Shown here piece after piece: positions 18,502-28,237 of a stretch of 64,000 nucleotides of DNA; within the stretch, counting starts at the first letter, position 1; every line of letters starts with the position of its first letter. Source of the DNA: Euryarchaeota archaeon SM23-78 (GTDB lineage Archaea; Nanobdellota; Nanobdellia; Woesearchaeales; SM23-78). The stretch spans positions 4,558-68,557 of the forward strand of contig LSSJ01000035.1 of assembly GCA_001595785.1 (NCBI GenBank). The letters are read 5' to 3'. Made by a program: the position numbers and the translations under genes. Under the pieces are notes generated by a model. It did no database searches. It saw only the letters and a list, made by a program, of their open reading frames with translations, and was not told where the DNA came from.

Positions 18502-19923
18502 ATGAAGCATACTTTAAGAAAAGAGATTCTTGAGAAGAGAGACAAGTTGGATTCTGAAACTATTAAAGAAAAGTCTAAAAAAGTAAAAGATAAATTATTT
18601 GAAAAAAAAATTTTTGATGATATTTACAAAATAGGGTTATATTTTGCAAAGGAGAATGAGGTTTTAACCAAGGAGATTATTATTTCTTTAATTGAAAAGG
18701 GAAAAAGAGTTTTCCTACCAAGGATTAAAGGAAAAAAACTTGAATTTAGAGAAATAAAAAAATTGGATGAATTAGAAAGAGGAAGTTTTGGGATAATGGA
18801 ACCAAAAAAGGGTTGTCCCCTAATAAACCCCACCGAACTAGATTTGGTAATAATGCCTTGTGTTGCTATTGATAAATATTGCAATAGAATTGGAAGGGGG
18901 GCTGGTTTTTATGATAGGTTACTTGCAGAACATAATAATATAAAGACTGTTTGTTTGGCTTATGATTTTCAGGTTTCTTCAAAAATCAAAACGGAGTGTC
19001 ATGACCAAAAAATAGGTTTAATAATTACAGATAAAAGAGTTATAAAAAATATAGATGAAGTAGAAGAAAATACTGGGTTCCATTTATTAAATGGAAAAAA
19101 ACTAGCAGAAGAAATTTTATTAGAACTAAAAGAAAAGATAAAAAAGAGAAAGATAAAAGCTGAACTTGCAGTTATTTTAGTAGGTAATAATCCTGCCTCC
19201 GAAGTCTATGTAAGAAATAAGGAACGGAAATGTAAGGAAGTAGGTATTATTCTGAAGTTAATAAGATTTAAAGATAATGTTTCTGAAGAAGAAATAAATA
19301 AAAAAATAAAGGAGCTGAACAGGAGTGGGCAAGTAACTGGGATTCTAGTTCAGTTACCCTTGCCCCCAAACTTTAATACTGACAATGTATTAAATAATGT
19401 TCTCCCAGAAAAGGATGTTGATGGTTTAACAAGGACAAGTATGAAAAATCTTGCAGATGGTGATGAGGGCCTTGTCTGCCCTACATCTAAAGGTATTATT
19501 AGATTATTAGAAAGAAACAAAATCAGTTTAAAAAACAAAAAAATTGTGCTTGTAGGTTACGGTCGTCTAGTTGGAAAACCTCTTGCTTTAATGCTCAAAA
19601 ACAGGAAACTCAGATTTACTGTGTGCGATGAAAATACTCAGGATTTAAAACCATTGACAAAGAGAGCAGATATATTAATTACAGCCACAGGTTTTCCTTA
19701 TCTTATAAAGAAGGATTATGTTAAAAGAGGGGTTGTTATTATTGACGCCGGAATAACCAAATTGGGAGACAAGATTGTTGGAGATGTAGACTTTGATAAA
19801 GTAAAAGAAAAAGCTTCATACATTACTCCTGTGCCAGGCGGAGTTGGACCAATGACTGTTGTTATGTTAATCGAGAATGTTATACATGCTTATGAATTAT
19901 TAAAAAAAACTAAAAAAAACTAA
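18502..19923 (+). CDS. folD: fusion protein: 5-formyltetrahydrofolate cyclo-ligase (MTHFS) + methylene-THF dehydrogenase/methenyl-THF cyclohydrolase (FolD)
   Basis: The N-terminal 190 aa end DLVIMPCVAIDKYCNRIGRGAGFYDRLL (MTHFS). The C-terminal domain has LLNGKKLAEE..AVILVGNNPASEVYVRNKERKC..VQLPLP..DVDGL..PVPGGVGPMTVVML (FolD). Confidence 0.8.
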   Translation: MKHTLRKEILEKRDKLDSETIKEKSKKVKDKLFEKKIFDDIYKIGLYFAKENEVLTKEIIISLIEKGKRVFLPRIKGKKLEFREIKKLDELERGSFGIMEPKKGCPLINPTELDLVIMPCVAIDKYCNRIGRGAGFYDRLLAEHNNIKTVCLAYDFQVSSKIKTECHDQKIGLIITDKRVIKNIDEVEENTGFHLLNGKKLAEEILLELKEKIKKRKIKAELAVILVGNNPASEVYVRNKERKCKEVGIILKLIRFKDNVSEEEINKKIKELNRSGQVTGILVQLPLPPNFNTDNVLNNVLPEKDVDGLTRTSMKNLADGDEGLVCPTSKGIIRLLERNKISLKNKKIVLVGYGRLVGKPLALMLKNRKLRFTVCDENTQDLKPLTKRADILITATGFPYLIKKDYVKRGVVIIDAGITKLGDKIVGDVDFDKVKEKASYITPVPGGVGPMTVVMLIENVIHAYELLKKTKKN

Positions 19924-19947
19924 AAAATTATTTATATAGGTAAAAAA

Positions 19948-20703
19948 ATGAAATTTGGTATCAAACTCTGGAGTATTAATCACGAGTTATATGAGGAAGC
20001 TGTTGATTTGATTAAAAGAGGTAAAGCAGACTATCTTGAATTACTCTATGTTCCAGGAGCAAAAGACAAGCTTGAGTTTCTAAAACAAAACAAAATTCCT
20101 GTGATAATACACGCTCCTACCTATCATCATAGAGTTTGTTTTAGTGACAATAATTTTGAAAAGAATGATAAGATCTTTAAAGAAACTGTTAAGATTGCTG
20201 ATTATCTTAATGCTGAGAAAATAATAATTCATCCTGGCAAAGGAAATGGTGAAAATTTTGCAAGATTTCTAAGACAGCACCAAGATAATAGGATTATAAT
20301 TGAGAACATGCCCAAAGTGGCTCTTGATGGTGCTCTTTGTACTGGTTATTCTCCTTCTCAAATTAGAGGGTTTCTCTTACTTGGTCCTTTTAGCTTCTGT
20401 CTAGACTTCAGCCATGCCATAAAGGCCAGTCTTAGCCTAAAGCTTGATTATAAGGAGTACCTCAAGAAGTTCATGAAAATAAAAGCATTAATGTTTCATA
20501 TATCTGATGGTAGATTAAGCATTGAAACTGATCAACACTTAAGCCTTGGAGAAGGAAACTTTGATTTAAGTTTTATTAAGAAATTAATTAAAGAAAATGA
20601 AGCAGCCACCCATAAGAGCAAAAACCTTACCTTTGAGGTTCCTAAAGGACAGGGACTTAAAAACGATATTAAAAACATAGAGTTATTTAAGGCAATAAAA
20701 TAA
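19948..20703 (+). CDS. xylose-isomerase-like TIM-barrel protein (sugar phosphate isomerase/epimerase family)
   Basis: 251 aa with YLELLYVPG..IIHAP..IIIHPG..IIIENMP strand pattern. Confidence 0.5.
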   Translation: MKFGIKLWSINHELYEEAVDLIKRGKADYLELLYVPGAKDKLEFLKQNKIPVIIHAPTYHHRVCFSDNNFEKNDKIFKETVKIADYLNAEKIIIHPGKGNGENFARFLRQHQDNRIIIENMPKVALDGALCTGYSPSQIRGFLLLGPFSFCLDFSHAIKASLSLKLDYKEYLKKFMKIKALMFHISDGRLSIETDQHLSLGEGNFDLSFIKKLIKENEAATHKSKNLTFEVPKGQGLKNDIKNIELFKAIK

Positions 20704-20754
20704 TCTAAATAATCTGAAATATAAAACAATCTTTTCAGCAACCCCCCAACACCT

Positions 20755-22269
20755 TTATCTGTTTCTTTTTAAGTAATCTATAGGTAAGCTTTGATAAAGG
20801 AGTCTTTTGAAATCATTCCAAGTTATTATTCTTAACTTGAAAATTAAGGTTACATATATAAGTAAAGCAACACCTAAAGAACACGCTATTCTTATATAAA
20901 TACTAGCATCTGCAATTAGCCACTTAACTAAATAAATAGAGCCGATAAATATCAGAGCAATTAATAATATTTTAACAAAGATCTTAATAGGAAAAGTAAT
21001 CTTTGCTTCTTTTTTAATCGCTAAATAAGAAAGGATTAACATCAGAGCATAACTCAGAGTGGTGGTTAGAGCTGCTCCTTCTATCCCTATTATGGGTATT
21101 AAAATTAGATTGAAAATAACATTAAACACAGCTGCAACAATCATTATTTTAGTAACTTTTGCTGGCTTACCAATACCCGAAAGAAAGGCAAAGTTTACTT
21201 TAGCTAAACTTATTAGAATTACCCCTAAGGCCAAGATCATCATTGCTAAGAAACCTGGAACATAAGCCTCTCCAAATAATAATCTTAAAATTGTTTTAGA
21301 GTAAGCGAACAATATTAATACGAAAGGAATTGTTAATACTAATAGATATCTATAAATTAATGTTATAGCGTTTTTAAGCTTTTCCCTTAATTTTTTCTCC
21401 CAAAGTTCAGAAACCATTGGGAAAAAAACAGTGTAGACTGCTCCACTGAAATTTACAATAATTAAAGCTGTTGGTAAGACAGCATTGTAAATACCTACTT
21501 TATCCAAAGTTAGAAAATAAGTTAGCATTAAGGTGTCAATATACCCTATCACCAAACCAGCGATATCTGTAAATAATGAGGGAAAAGCAAATAAAGTTAG
21601 CTTCTTAAATAAAGCTTTATCAAAAGGTAAAAACGATTTTATAGGCTTTAGCTTTTTTAAAACAAATGGAACAAATATTAACACTCCCAAAGCAAAGGAG
21701 GTAATTGTCGCATAGGTAGGAAGTAAGGCTCCCTTAAATAACCCAAAATAAAAAAAGACGATTATAAAGATAAAAGTTAGAAAATTCCTTAAGAAATAAA
21801 TAATCCCGCTTTTAAGCATATCTTGGAAAGCATTGAAAAATGCACGCATAAAGCTATTAAAAGTATTAATAAAAAAGAAAATACAGAAAAGATATATCAT
21901 AGGCCTGGCTAAGGGCACTTTAAAATAATTTAAGGTAAGATAATCTGCCAATAAAACGATGGCAAAGATGAAGATTAATCTTAATGCCAAGCTAATGATT
22001 AGAACGTAAAGAACAGTTTTATCAATTAAATCCTTTCTTTTTTGGACTTGAAATTCTGGAATAAATTTGATAAGGGACTGGCCATAACCTAAGGTGGTAA
22101 AAATACCAATAAACATAAAAAAGGTGAACATTGAATAAAACAAACCATACTCTTCTAACGAAATTGTATTTGCTAAGAATATCCTAATTAAGAATCCAAA
22201 CAGAGCAGCCAACAAGCTGGTTAACAGAATTATTACACTGCCTTTAAAACCTTTTTTAAAATAACTCAT
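20755..22269 (-). CDS. oligosaccharide flippase (MOP/Wzx family)
   Basis: 504 aa with about 12-14 TM helices, in a polysaccharide-cluster context. Confidence 0.65.
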   Translation of the reverse strand: MSYFKKGFKGSVIILLTSLLAALFGFLIRIFLANTISLEEYGLFYSMFTFFMFIGIFTTLGYGQSLIKFIPEFQVQKRKDLIDKTVLYVLIISLALRLIFIFAIVLLADYLTLNYFKVPLARPMIYLFCIFFFINTFNSFMRAFFNAFQDMLKSGIIYFLRNFLTFIFIIVFFYFGLFKGALLPTYATITSFALGVLIFVPFVLKKLKPIKSFLPFDKALFKKLTLFAFPSLFTDIAGLVIGYIDTLMLTYFLTLDKVGIYNAVLPTALIIVNFSGAVYTVFFPMVSELWEKKLREKLKNAITLIYRYLLVLTIPFVLILFAYSKTILRLLFGEAYVPGFLAMMILALGVILISLAKVNFAFLSGIGKPAKVTKIMIVAAVFNVIFNLILIPIIGIEGAALTTTLSYALMLILSYLAIKKEAKITFPIKIFVKILLIALIFIGSIYLVKWLIADASIYIRIACSLGVALLIYVTLIFKLRIITWNDFKRLLYQSLPIDYLKRNR

Positions 22270-22438
22270 TTATGAACACCATCAGGTTTGTTTAACTCAA
22301 TAATAAATATTTAAATATTTTATGAAACACAATTTTTTTGACTTGTAAGGGTTAATAATAAAGAGTTTGAATTTCGAATGACTGAAAATTTTATTCATAG
22401 AAACCGGTCTCTTTTATCATTATCCCTTCCCTTTATCA

Positions 22439-23314
22439 TTATTTCTGCTTTTTCTTTGCATATATTGTAAACGCTGACCTCCAGAACGAAGCAGACTCTT
22501 TTCCACTTATGTAATTCCAGACAAAATTAAGATGGTCCTTTAACAAATTACAGTAAGGTGTGTTAAGATAAGGATAATAGGTCTTAAACCTCTTGAAGCC
22601 TGTCATATCTAAGAGTTTATCTATGGTTTTATTGGTGTAATAATAAATATGTTCTTCTGGCTTGGTAAGCACCCACCTATATTTATATACTCTGGCGGCG
22701 GGGCCGCCTACATTTGGAGTAGTGCTTAATATCAGAATGCCCTTATCCTTAAGAATATCATGTGTTTTTTTCAGTACCTTTTTAGGATTCTGCACATGCT
22801 CAAATACTGCTCTCATATGAACAACATCAAACTTCTCTTCTCCAAAATCAAGCTTGGATAGTTCTCCTACCCAGATTTTTTTTATTTTTGCATTCTTTTT
22901 TGCAATTCTTGCCGCGTCCTTTGAGAACTCGGTTGCATATTTTTCAATTCCTTTATCTGGCAAAGCCTGTAAGAAAAGACCATTTCCGCAACCAGAATCA
23001 AGAAATTTTATTTTTCTTTTTCTAAACTTTTTCTTTAGTATTTTCATTATTTGATTTATTTCAATCTCATACATCTTGGCGCGCTTTACATTCTTTTCAG
23101 AGGCAGTTGTTCTGCCACCTGCATAGCTCGCTAAACTATAGTACTCTTCAAGCTCCTTTGATGTTAATCTTGGGTTAGTATAGATTAAGCCACATTTTTT
23201 ACACTGCACAATCCTATACACTCTTCTATCCTTAGGATTTCTCTTGCTTTTTCCCTTTGCCCATAACTGGGTAGGAGTCTTTTTTCCGCATATATTACAC
23301 TTGACTGTTTCCAT
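22439..23314 (-). CDS. class I SAM-dependent methyltransferase with N-terminal zinc ribbon
   Basis: CNICGKK...CKKCGLIYTNP, then FLDSGCGNGLF (motif I). Confidence 0.7.
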   Translation of the reverse strand: METVKCNICGKKTPTQLWAKGKSKRNPKDRRVYRIVQCKKCGLIYTNPRLTSKELEEYYSLASYAGGRTTASEKNVKRAKMYEIEINQIMKILKKKFRKRKIKFLDSGCGNGLFLQALPDKGIEKYATEFSKDAARIAKKNAKIKKIWVGELSKLDFGEEKFDVVHMRAVFEHVQNPKKVLKKTHDILKDKGILILSTTPNVGGPAARVYKYRWVLTKPEEHIYYYTNKTIDKLLDMTGFKRFKTYYPYLNTPYCNLLKDHLNFVWNYISGKESASFWRSAFTIYAKKKQK

Positions 23315-23346
23315 TATAATCTCCTCTTATGCTCTTATTTATTCTC

Positions 23347-23742
23347 TTATTCATTACTAAAAATCTTAATAATCAAGTAGACAACTAATCCTTGCCTAGC
23401 ATCAAGTTGATGAACCTCATTTTTAGTAATATAAAAAAAGTCTTCTTCTTTCATGTCATGAGTTTCATAGCCTTCTGCTTTAGGAGATTTGAACTCTCCT
23501 TCTCCAACCTGCTTCTCCTCAACTATCTTTCCGCCAATGTTCAGTTTTGCTTTTCCTTTTAGAACATAATAGATTTCACTTGCATAAACATGCCTTTCTG
23601 CTGCACCTATCTTTGTATCAGCTTTCTTCAATAATACAACATGATTCTTTATTTTATCCTTAAATAATTCAACAACCATGTTTTCATTAGACAAACCTGA
23701 AACTATTTTGTCTACTTCTTGTTTTCCAATTTTATAAGCCAT
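23347..23742 (-). CDS. cupin-domain protein
   Basis: 131 aa with HVYASEIYYVLKGKAKLNIGGK and VHQL beta-barrel motifs. Confidence 0.55.
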   Translation of the reverse strand: MAYKIGKQEVDKIVSGLSNENMVVELFKDKIKNHVVLLKKADTKIGAAERHVYASEIYYVLKGKAKLNIGGKIVEEKQVGEGEFKSPKAEGYETHDMKEEDFFYITKNEVHQLDARQGLVVYLIIKIFSNE

Positions 23743-23882
23743 ACTATCACCCTATTCTTCCTTTTTTGGGAGAAAATTGTTATTTATAAAATTATCTTTC
23801 CTGAGTTTTATATCTTTTTGAAATTTACTTAATTTACCTAACAATGAAAAAACATTTATAGTTCTAGGAGAATGCTTACTCT

Positions 23883-24746
23883 ATGATTTGGGCTCTATTT
23901 GCACTGTTCAGTGCTTTCATGGTGGCTACCCAGTACATGCTGGTTAAGAGGTTTGTAAAGGATATTGATCCTCATATTCTGGGAAGCGGCACCTTTCTCA
24001 CTGCCTTTGTCTTTTTATTCACTGCTTCTTTGATAAAAGGGTTTCCTGTGTTAGGACCTAATTTTCTTATGGCTTTGTTAGGAACAGGCATTCTTAATGT
24101 TGTTGCAACGATTATATATTATAAGGCTTTAAAAATAACTGATTTGTCTCTTGCAGCTCCTATGCTCTCCTTTACACCTGTGTTCCTGATTCTTACCTCT
24201 CTTATAATCCTTGGCGAGTTCCCTACCCTGCTTGGAATTATAGGTATATTACTGATTGTAGGAGGATCTTACATTCTTAATATAAGCAAGCATAACAGAG
24301 GACTACTTGCTCCTTTTAAACAGATTTTCAGGGATAAAGGTGTTTTGTTTGTTCTTTTGGTGGCCTTTATCTATAGCATAACCACTAATTTTGATAAGAT
24401 GCTCATGCTTAACTCTGACCCTGTGTTTAGTTTGGCTGTTTTTTCCTTGTTCGTGGGTTTGTCCCTTCTTATAGTTTCTTTTGCTAGAAAGCTCGACGTG
24501 CCTAAGGTTTACAAGAAAAACATTCACAAATTCTTTTTAATAGGCTTAACCCTTGCTCTAAGCACGCTTGCTATAAACCTTGCTTATACCATGCAAATAG
24601 TTCCTTATGTTATCTCATTAAAGAGACTGAGTCTTTTGTTCAGTGTAGTATACGGAGGATTACTGTTCAAAGAGAAGAACATCCTTCCAAGAAGCATTGG
24701 AGCAGCTGTAATGATAGGAGGGGTGGTACTGATAATTCTATTTTGA
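23883..24746 (+). CDS. EamA/DMT-superfamily transporter
   Basis: 287 aa with 10 TM helices in two repeats. A TATA-like ACATTTATAG box lies about 25 nt upstream of the ATG. Confidence 0.65.
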   Translation: MIWALFALFSAFMVATQYMLVKRFVKDIDPHILGSGTFLTAFVFLFTASLIKGFPVLGPNFLMALLGTGILNVVATIIYYKALKITDLSLAAPMLSFTPVFLILTSLIILGEFPTLLGIIGILLIVGGSYILNISKHNRGLLAPFKQIFRDKGVLFVLLVAFIYSITTNFDKMLMLNSDPVFSLAVFSLFVGLSLLIVSFARKLDVPKVYKKNIHKFFLIGLTLALSTLAINLAYTMQIVPYVISLKRLSLLFSVVYGGLLFKEKNILPRSIGAAVMIGGVVLIILF

Positions 24747-24829
24747 ACTAAGGCTGTAAAGAATATAAATAACCTACTAATGAATTATCTTAGATAAAAT
24801 TTTTATATACCTTATAGTTTGCTTAGCTC

Positions 24830-25519
24830 ATGGACATAAATATTACACATCTTATTGAGGGTGCAAGAAAAGCAAAAGGTTTGACTATTATCATTGATGT
24901 TTTCAGAGCTTTTTCTACTGCTTGTTATGTGTTTAATAATGGAGCTAAAAGAATCATTCCTGTAGGCAATCTAGATCTAGCTTATTCCTTAAAAAAGCAG
25001 AACCCTGATTTTGTTTTAATGGGTGAAAGAAAAGGCATAATGCCACCTGGTTTTGATTATGGTAACTCTCCCACTTATATTCAAAACATAGATTTTACAA
25101 ATAAAGAAGTAATACACACAACAAGTGCAGGTACACAAGGAATTGCTAATGCAATTAATGCAGATGAAATCATCACTGGAAGCTTTGTGAATGCTCAGGC
25201 AATTGTTAATTATATCAAAGCTAGAGATCCTGCTCAAGTTTCCTTAGTGTGTGTAGGTCTTGATGGAATCAAAAAAACTGATGAGGACACGCTTTGTGCG
25301 CAATATATAAGAAATGCTTTGGAGAATAAACCAAATAATTTTTCAGGTATAGTTAATCATTTAAGAATGTATAGAAGCGCAGATGAATTCTTTAATCCAG
25401 AGAAGAAGTGGTCGCCTAAAAAAGACTTTTATCTATGCTTGAACTTAGATGCTTTTGATTTTGTTCTTAAAGCTGAACTTTTTAAAGATAACATTTATTC
25501 TCTAGAAAAAAGATTTTGA
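24830..25519 (+). CDS. comB: 2-phosphosulfolactate phosphatase family protein
   Basis: IIIDVFRAFSTACYVF..LMGERKGIMPPGFDYGNSP matches the ComB family pattern as I recall it. Confidence 0.7.
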   Translation: MDINITHLIEGARKAKGLTIIIDVFRAFSTACYVFNNGAKRIIPVGNLDLAYSLKKQNPDFVLMGERKGIMPPGFDYGNSPTYIQNIDFTNKEVIHTTSAGTQGIANAINADEIITGSFVNAQAIVNYIKARDPAQVSLVCVGLDGIKKTDEDTLCAQYIRNALENKPNNFSGIVNHLRMYRSADEFFNPEKKWSPKKDFYLCLNLDAFDFVLKAELFKDNIYSLEKRF

Positions 25520-25575
25520 GCTCTGGAAAATGAAATCCACAAAACCAAAATTTTTACTACCGAATAATAGAAACT

Positions 25576-25585
25576 TTTATAAATA
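25576..25585 (+). promoter_or_regulatory. TATA-box-like promoter element (TTTATAAATA) followed by SD AGGAGGT at 25608..25614
   Basis: The same 10-mer class precedes the SRP RNA and the candidate ncRNA at 47248. It lies upstream of the kinase-aldolase operon. Confidence 0.45.
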
Positions 25586-25622
25586 AAGGATTTTTATCTA
25601 TAAAACCAGGAGGTCCTGTAAA

Positions 25623-26720
25623 ATGGTTAATGATGAAGAAATTGCAAACAAAGTCATGAATCAAAGTTTTCCTGGACAAAAGATGACTGATTTCAAACGT
25701 CTTCCAGGGGTGAGACATACTGTTCTAAGAATTGAAAGAAAAGATGAGGAGCCCATCATAGCAAGGGTTGAGACACCTGAGCAAACCCTGCCTTTCATAA
25801 GAAAGACAGGATACTTCAGCACCTCACTTGACATAGGTAAAGAGCAAGAGATATTGGACATGCTCAGACCTGTATTAGGGGAGAGAATACCTACGATACT
25901 TGCAAGAGGTCAGATAGAGGAAGGCCCATACCTCGTTGTAACACCCTTGAAAGGGAACGTGCTCAGAGATGTTCGTGCAGACACTTCAATTAAGAATGGG
26001 GAGAATGTATTGTATTCCCTTGGTGAATTAATAGGCATAGTTCATAAAAATTTCTCTTTTGACCATATAGGAACGTTCTCTGGAGAAAGAACATATAGCC
26101 CTAAAGAATGGGGTAAGTATTGGGGTTGGTTCACAAGCCAGAAACTTGATTCAAATCTTGCAGAATTGGTATTCACGCCTAATGAAAGAAAAGAGATAGC
26201 TGATTACATAGAGAAAAGAGCTAAGCAGAAATTCAGATTTCAGTCCACCACTATTATATATGATTTACACGATGCTAATTTTACAGTAAATGATGACTAC
26301 AGGGTTTCAGGCCTGTTTGATTTTGATCACACCCATAAAGGACCTGGTCAACTAGATATATTTTCTATTGAAGAGACATTTTTTACAGCACCATGGCAAG
26401 GCGAAGTAGATGCTGGGAAAATGCAGGATTCTTTTAATAATGGCTATAAAAATGTTACAAAAAGAGATTTTGAACAAGACCCTTTGACAAGGGAGATGGG
26501 GTGGTTCAACCACTATCTGTACGCTTCCTTGTCTAAGTACGCTATTAGGCATAAGCGACCTGGATTCACACAGGTGACCAAGCACAGAGTGATGCAGGTT
26601 GTGCGTGAGGGAGAGGTTGATACCAAGAAATTCTTTGAGATAAGAGGGGATAAAGGAGTAATTATCCCTGAATACCAAAGAATAGTTGAGATGTATGAGC
26701 TTCCAGGTGATAAGCAATGA
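25623..26720 (+). CDS. phosphotransferase-family kinase (APH/choline-kinase fold)
   Basis: Catalytic-loop-like IIYDLHDANFTV and SGLFDFDH. Confidence 0.55.
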   Translation: MVNDEEIANKVMNQSFPGQKMTDFKRLPGVRHTVLRIERKDEEPIIARVETPEQTLPFIRKTGYFSTSLDIGKEQEILDMLRPVLGERIPTILARGQIEEGPYLVVTPLKGNVLRDVRADTSIKNGENVLYSLGELIGIVHKNFSFDHIGTFSGERTYSPKEWGKYWGWFTSQKLDSNLAELVFTPNERKEIADYIEKRAKQKFRFQSTTIIYDLHDANFTVNDDYRVSGLFDFDHTHKGPGQLDIFSIEETFFTAPWQGEVDAGKMQDSFNNGYKNVTKRDFEQDPLTREMGWFNHYLYASLSKYAIRHKRPGFTQVTKHRVMQVVREGEVDTKKFFEIRGDKGVIIPEYQRIVEMYELPGDKQ

Positions 26721-27469
26721 AAAAGCAAGAGACACTCAAAAAAATACTTGACAATGGCTTGGTGCCTGTTTTTGCACCAGCTTATGGCCTTGAACTAATG
26801 CCTTCTGCTGAAGCAATATATAAAGCAGGGGTGCGATGTTTTGAGATTACTGCTCGAACACCGAATTGCTTGGAGGGGCTGAAAAAGGTTAAGGATGCAT
26901 TCCCACACATAGCAGTTGGGATTGCCAGTCTTATTGATTATCCAGAATATTTAAAAAAAGTAAATAACTTACGAGCTCCAGACCTTCAAATTCCGAGTCC
27001 TGAACAAGCCATGCATGCAGGAGCAGATTTCTTGGTTAGTGGTTCAACATTTAGGCATGAAACTTATCAAAACTTAGGTGACAATTTAATCATTATTCCT
27101 GGAACACAGAACCTGGAACAGATGCTACAAGAGATGAACAAAGGTGCTAACATAATAAAGTTCTTCCCAGCAGACATACTTGGAGGTCCATCAATAATCA
27201 AAAAATACCAGGATCCAACGCATAAGAGCCTTCCAATAGCACCAAGCTCTGGTGTGAATTTCAACACAGCTCCTGAATACTTAAAGGTAGGCTGTGTTGC
27301 TTTAGTGATGAGTATGAAGCAACTAGCTGATGAAGAGACACGCAAGCGTATGGTAGAGACAGGAGACTACACTCCATTAGCAGAAGGTGTAGCCAAGGCT
27401 TTAAGATTTGTCAGAGAGCATAGACAACCATATGAGAACAGAATATTCAATGTAGACCTTAGCCATTAA
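26717..27469 (+). CDS. KDPG/KHG (Eda-type) class I aldolase family protein
   Basis: VPVFAP..AGVRCFEITARTPN..AGADFLVSGS..IIPGTQNLEQ..ANIIKFFPAD (Schiff-base Lys region). Confidence 0.6.
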   Translation: MKKQETLKKILDNGLVPVFAPAYGLELMPSAEAIYKAGVRCFEITARTPNCLEGLKKVKDAFPHIAVGIASLIDYPEYLKKVNNLRAPDLQIPSPEQAMHAGADFLVSGSTFRHETYQNLGDNLIIIPGTQNLEQMLQEMNKGANIIKFFPADILGGPSIIKKYQDPTHKSLPIAPSSGVNFNTAPEYLKVGCVALVMSMKQLADEETRKRMVETGDYTPLAEGVAKALRFVREHRQPYENRIFNVDLSH

Positions 27470-27500
27470 ATTTCAATTATTAAATTTCATTTATTAAATA

Positions 27501-28235
27501 TCACTCATTAAAATAATACTCTTTATCCCTTTCTTTCTGAAGCCTCTTTATTATGGTCTCTGCAATCCACCAATCTTTTTTATCATGAATATCAATGCTT
27601 GACAAGGCATCATGGTTTTCCAGTATCCACACATTATCTCCGAGCCTAACTCCTTTTTCCAAGAGTATCTTTGGTTTGGTAGCAGACGCTATTCCTGTGT
27701 CCTCTCTATACCACCAACCCTTGTCCTTTTGCCTAGGAGTATGTTCTTTGGTCTGTCTTATCCTGACCAGCTTACCTTTCTCATCATAATGCCAGTACTT
27801 TTTATGCGTTGGATTAACTGCAAAAGCTGAGTCTTTCTTTGGGTTGTCAATAAGTTTTTTAACACAAGCATCAATCATCCCTCTTCTTTTAAAAGGGTCT
27901 GTTACTTGCAGATAAACAAGAATATCAATATCATAATTTTCATTCTCTTTTAACCAATTAATGGCATGTAAAAGAACTGCTTCGCTTGTTGCCAGGTCTG
28001 TAGAGTGCTCAGCAGGTCTTATAAAAGGCACTTCTGCTCCTGCTTTTTTTGCAACCTTTGCTATCTCTTTATCATCTGTAGAAACAATAACCCTGTCTAC
28101 GAGTTTTGCATCTAAAGCTGCTTTTACAGTGTAGTACAAAAGAGGTTTGCCTCCAATTGGAAGAATATTCTTCCGTGCTATTCCTTTTGAACCCCCTCTC
28201 GCAGGGATTATTGCAACAACATTCTTTTTTTTCAT
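27501..28235 (-). CDS. neuA: N-acylneuraminate (nonulosonate) cytidylyltransferase
   Basis: VVAIIPARGGSKGIARKNILPIGGKPLLYYTV..VIVSTDD..RPAEHSTDLATSE. Confidence 0.8.
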   Translation of the reverse strand: MKKKNVVAIIPARGGSKGIARKNILPIGGKPLLYYTVKAALDAKLVDRVIVSTDDKEIAKVAKKAGAEVPFIRPAEHSTDLATSEAVLLHAINWLKENENYDIDILVYLQVTDPFKRRGMIDACVKKLIDNPKKDSAFAVNPTHKKYWHYDEKGKLVRIRQTKEHTPRQKDKGWWYREDTGIASATKPKILLEKGVRLGDNVWILENHDALSSIDIHDKKDWWIAETIIKRLQKERDKEYYFNE

Positions 28236-28237
28236 CT

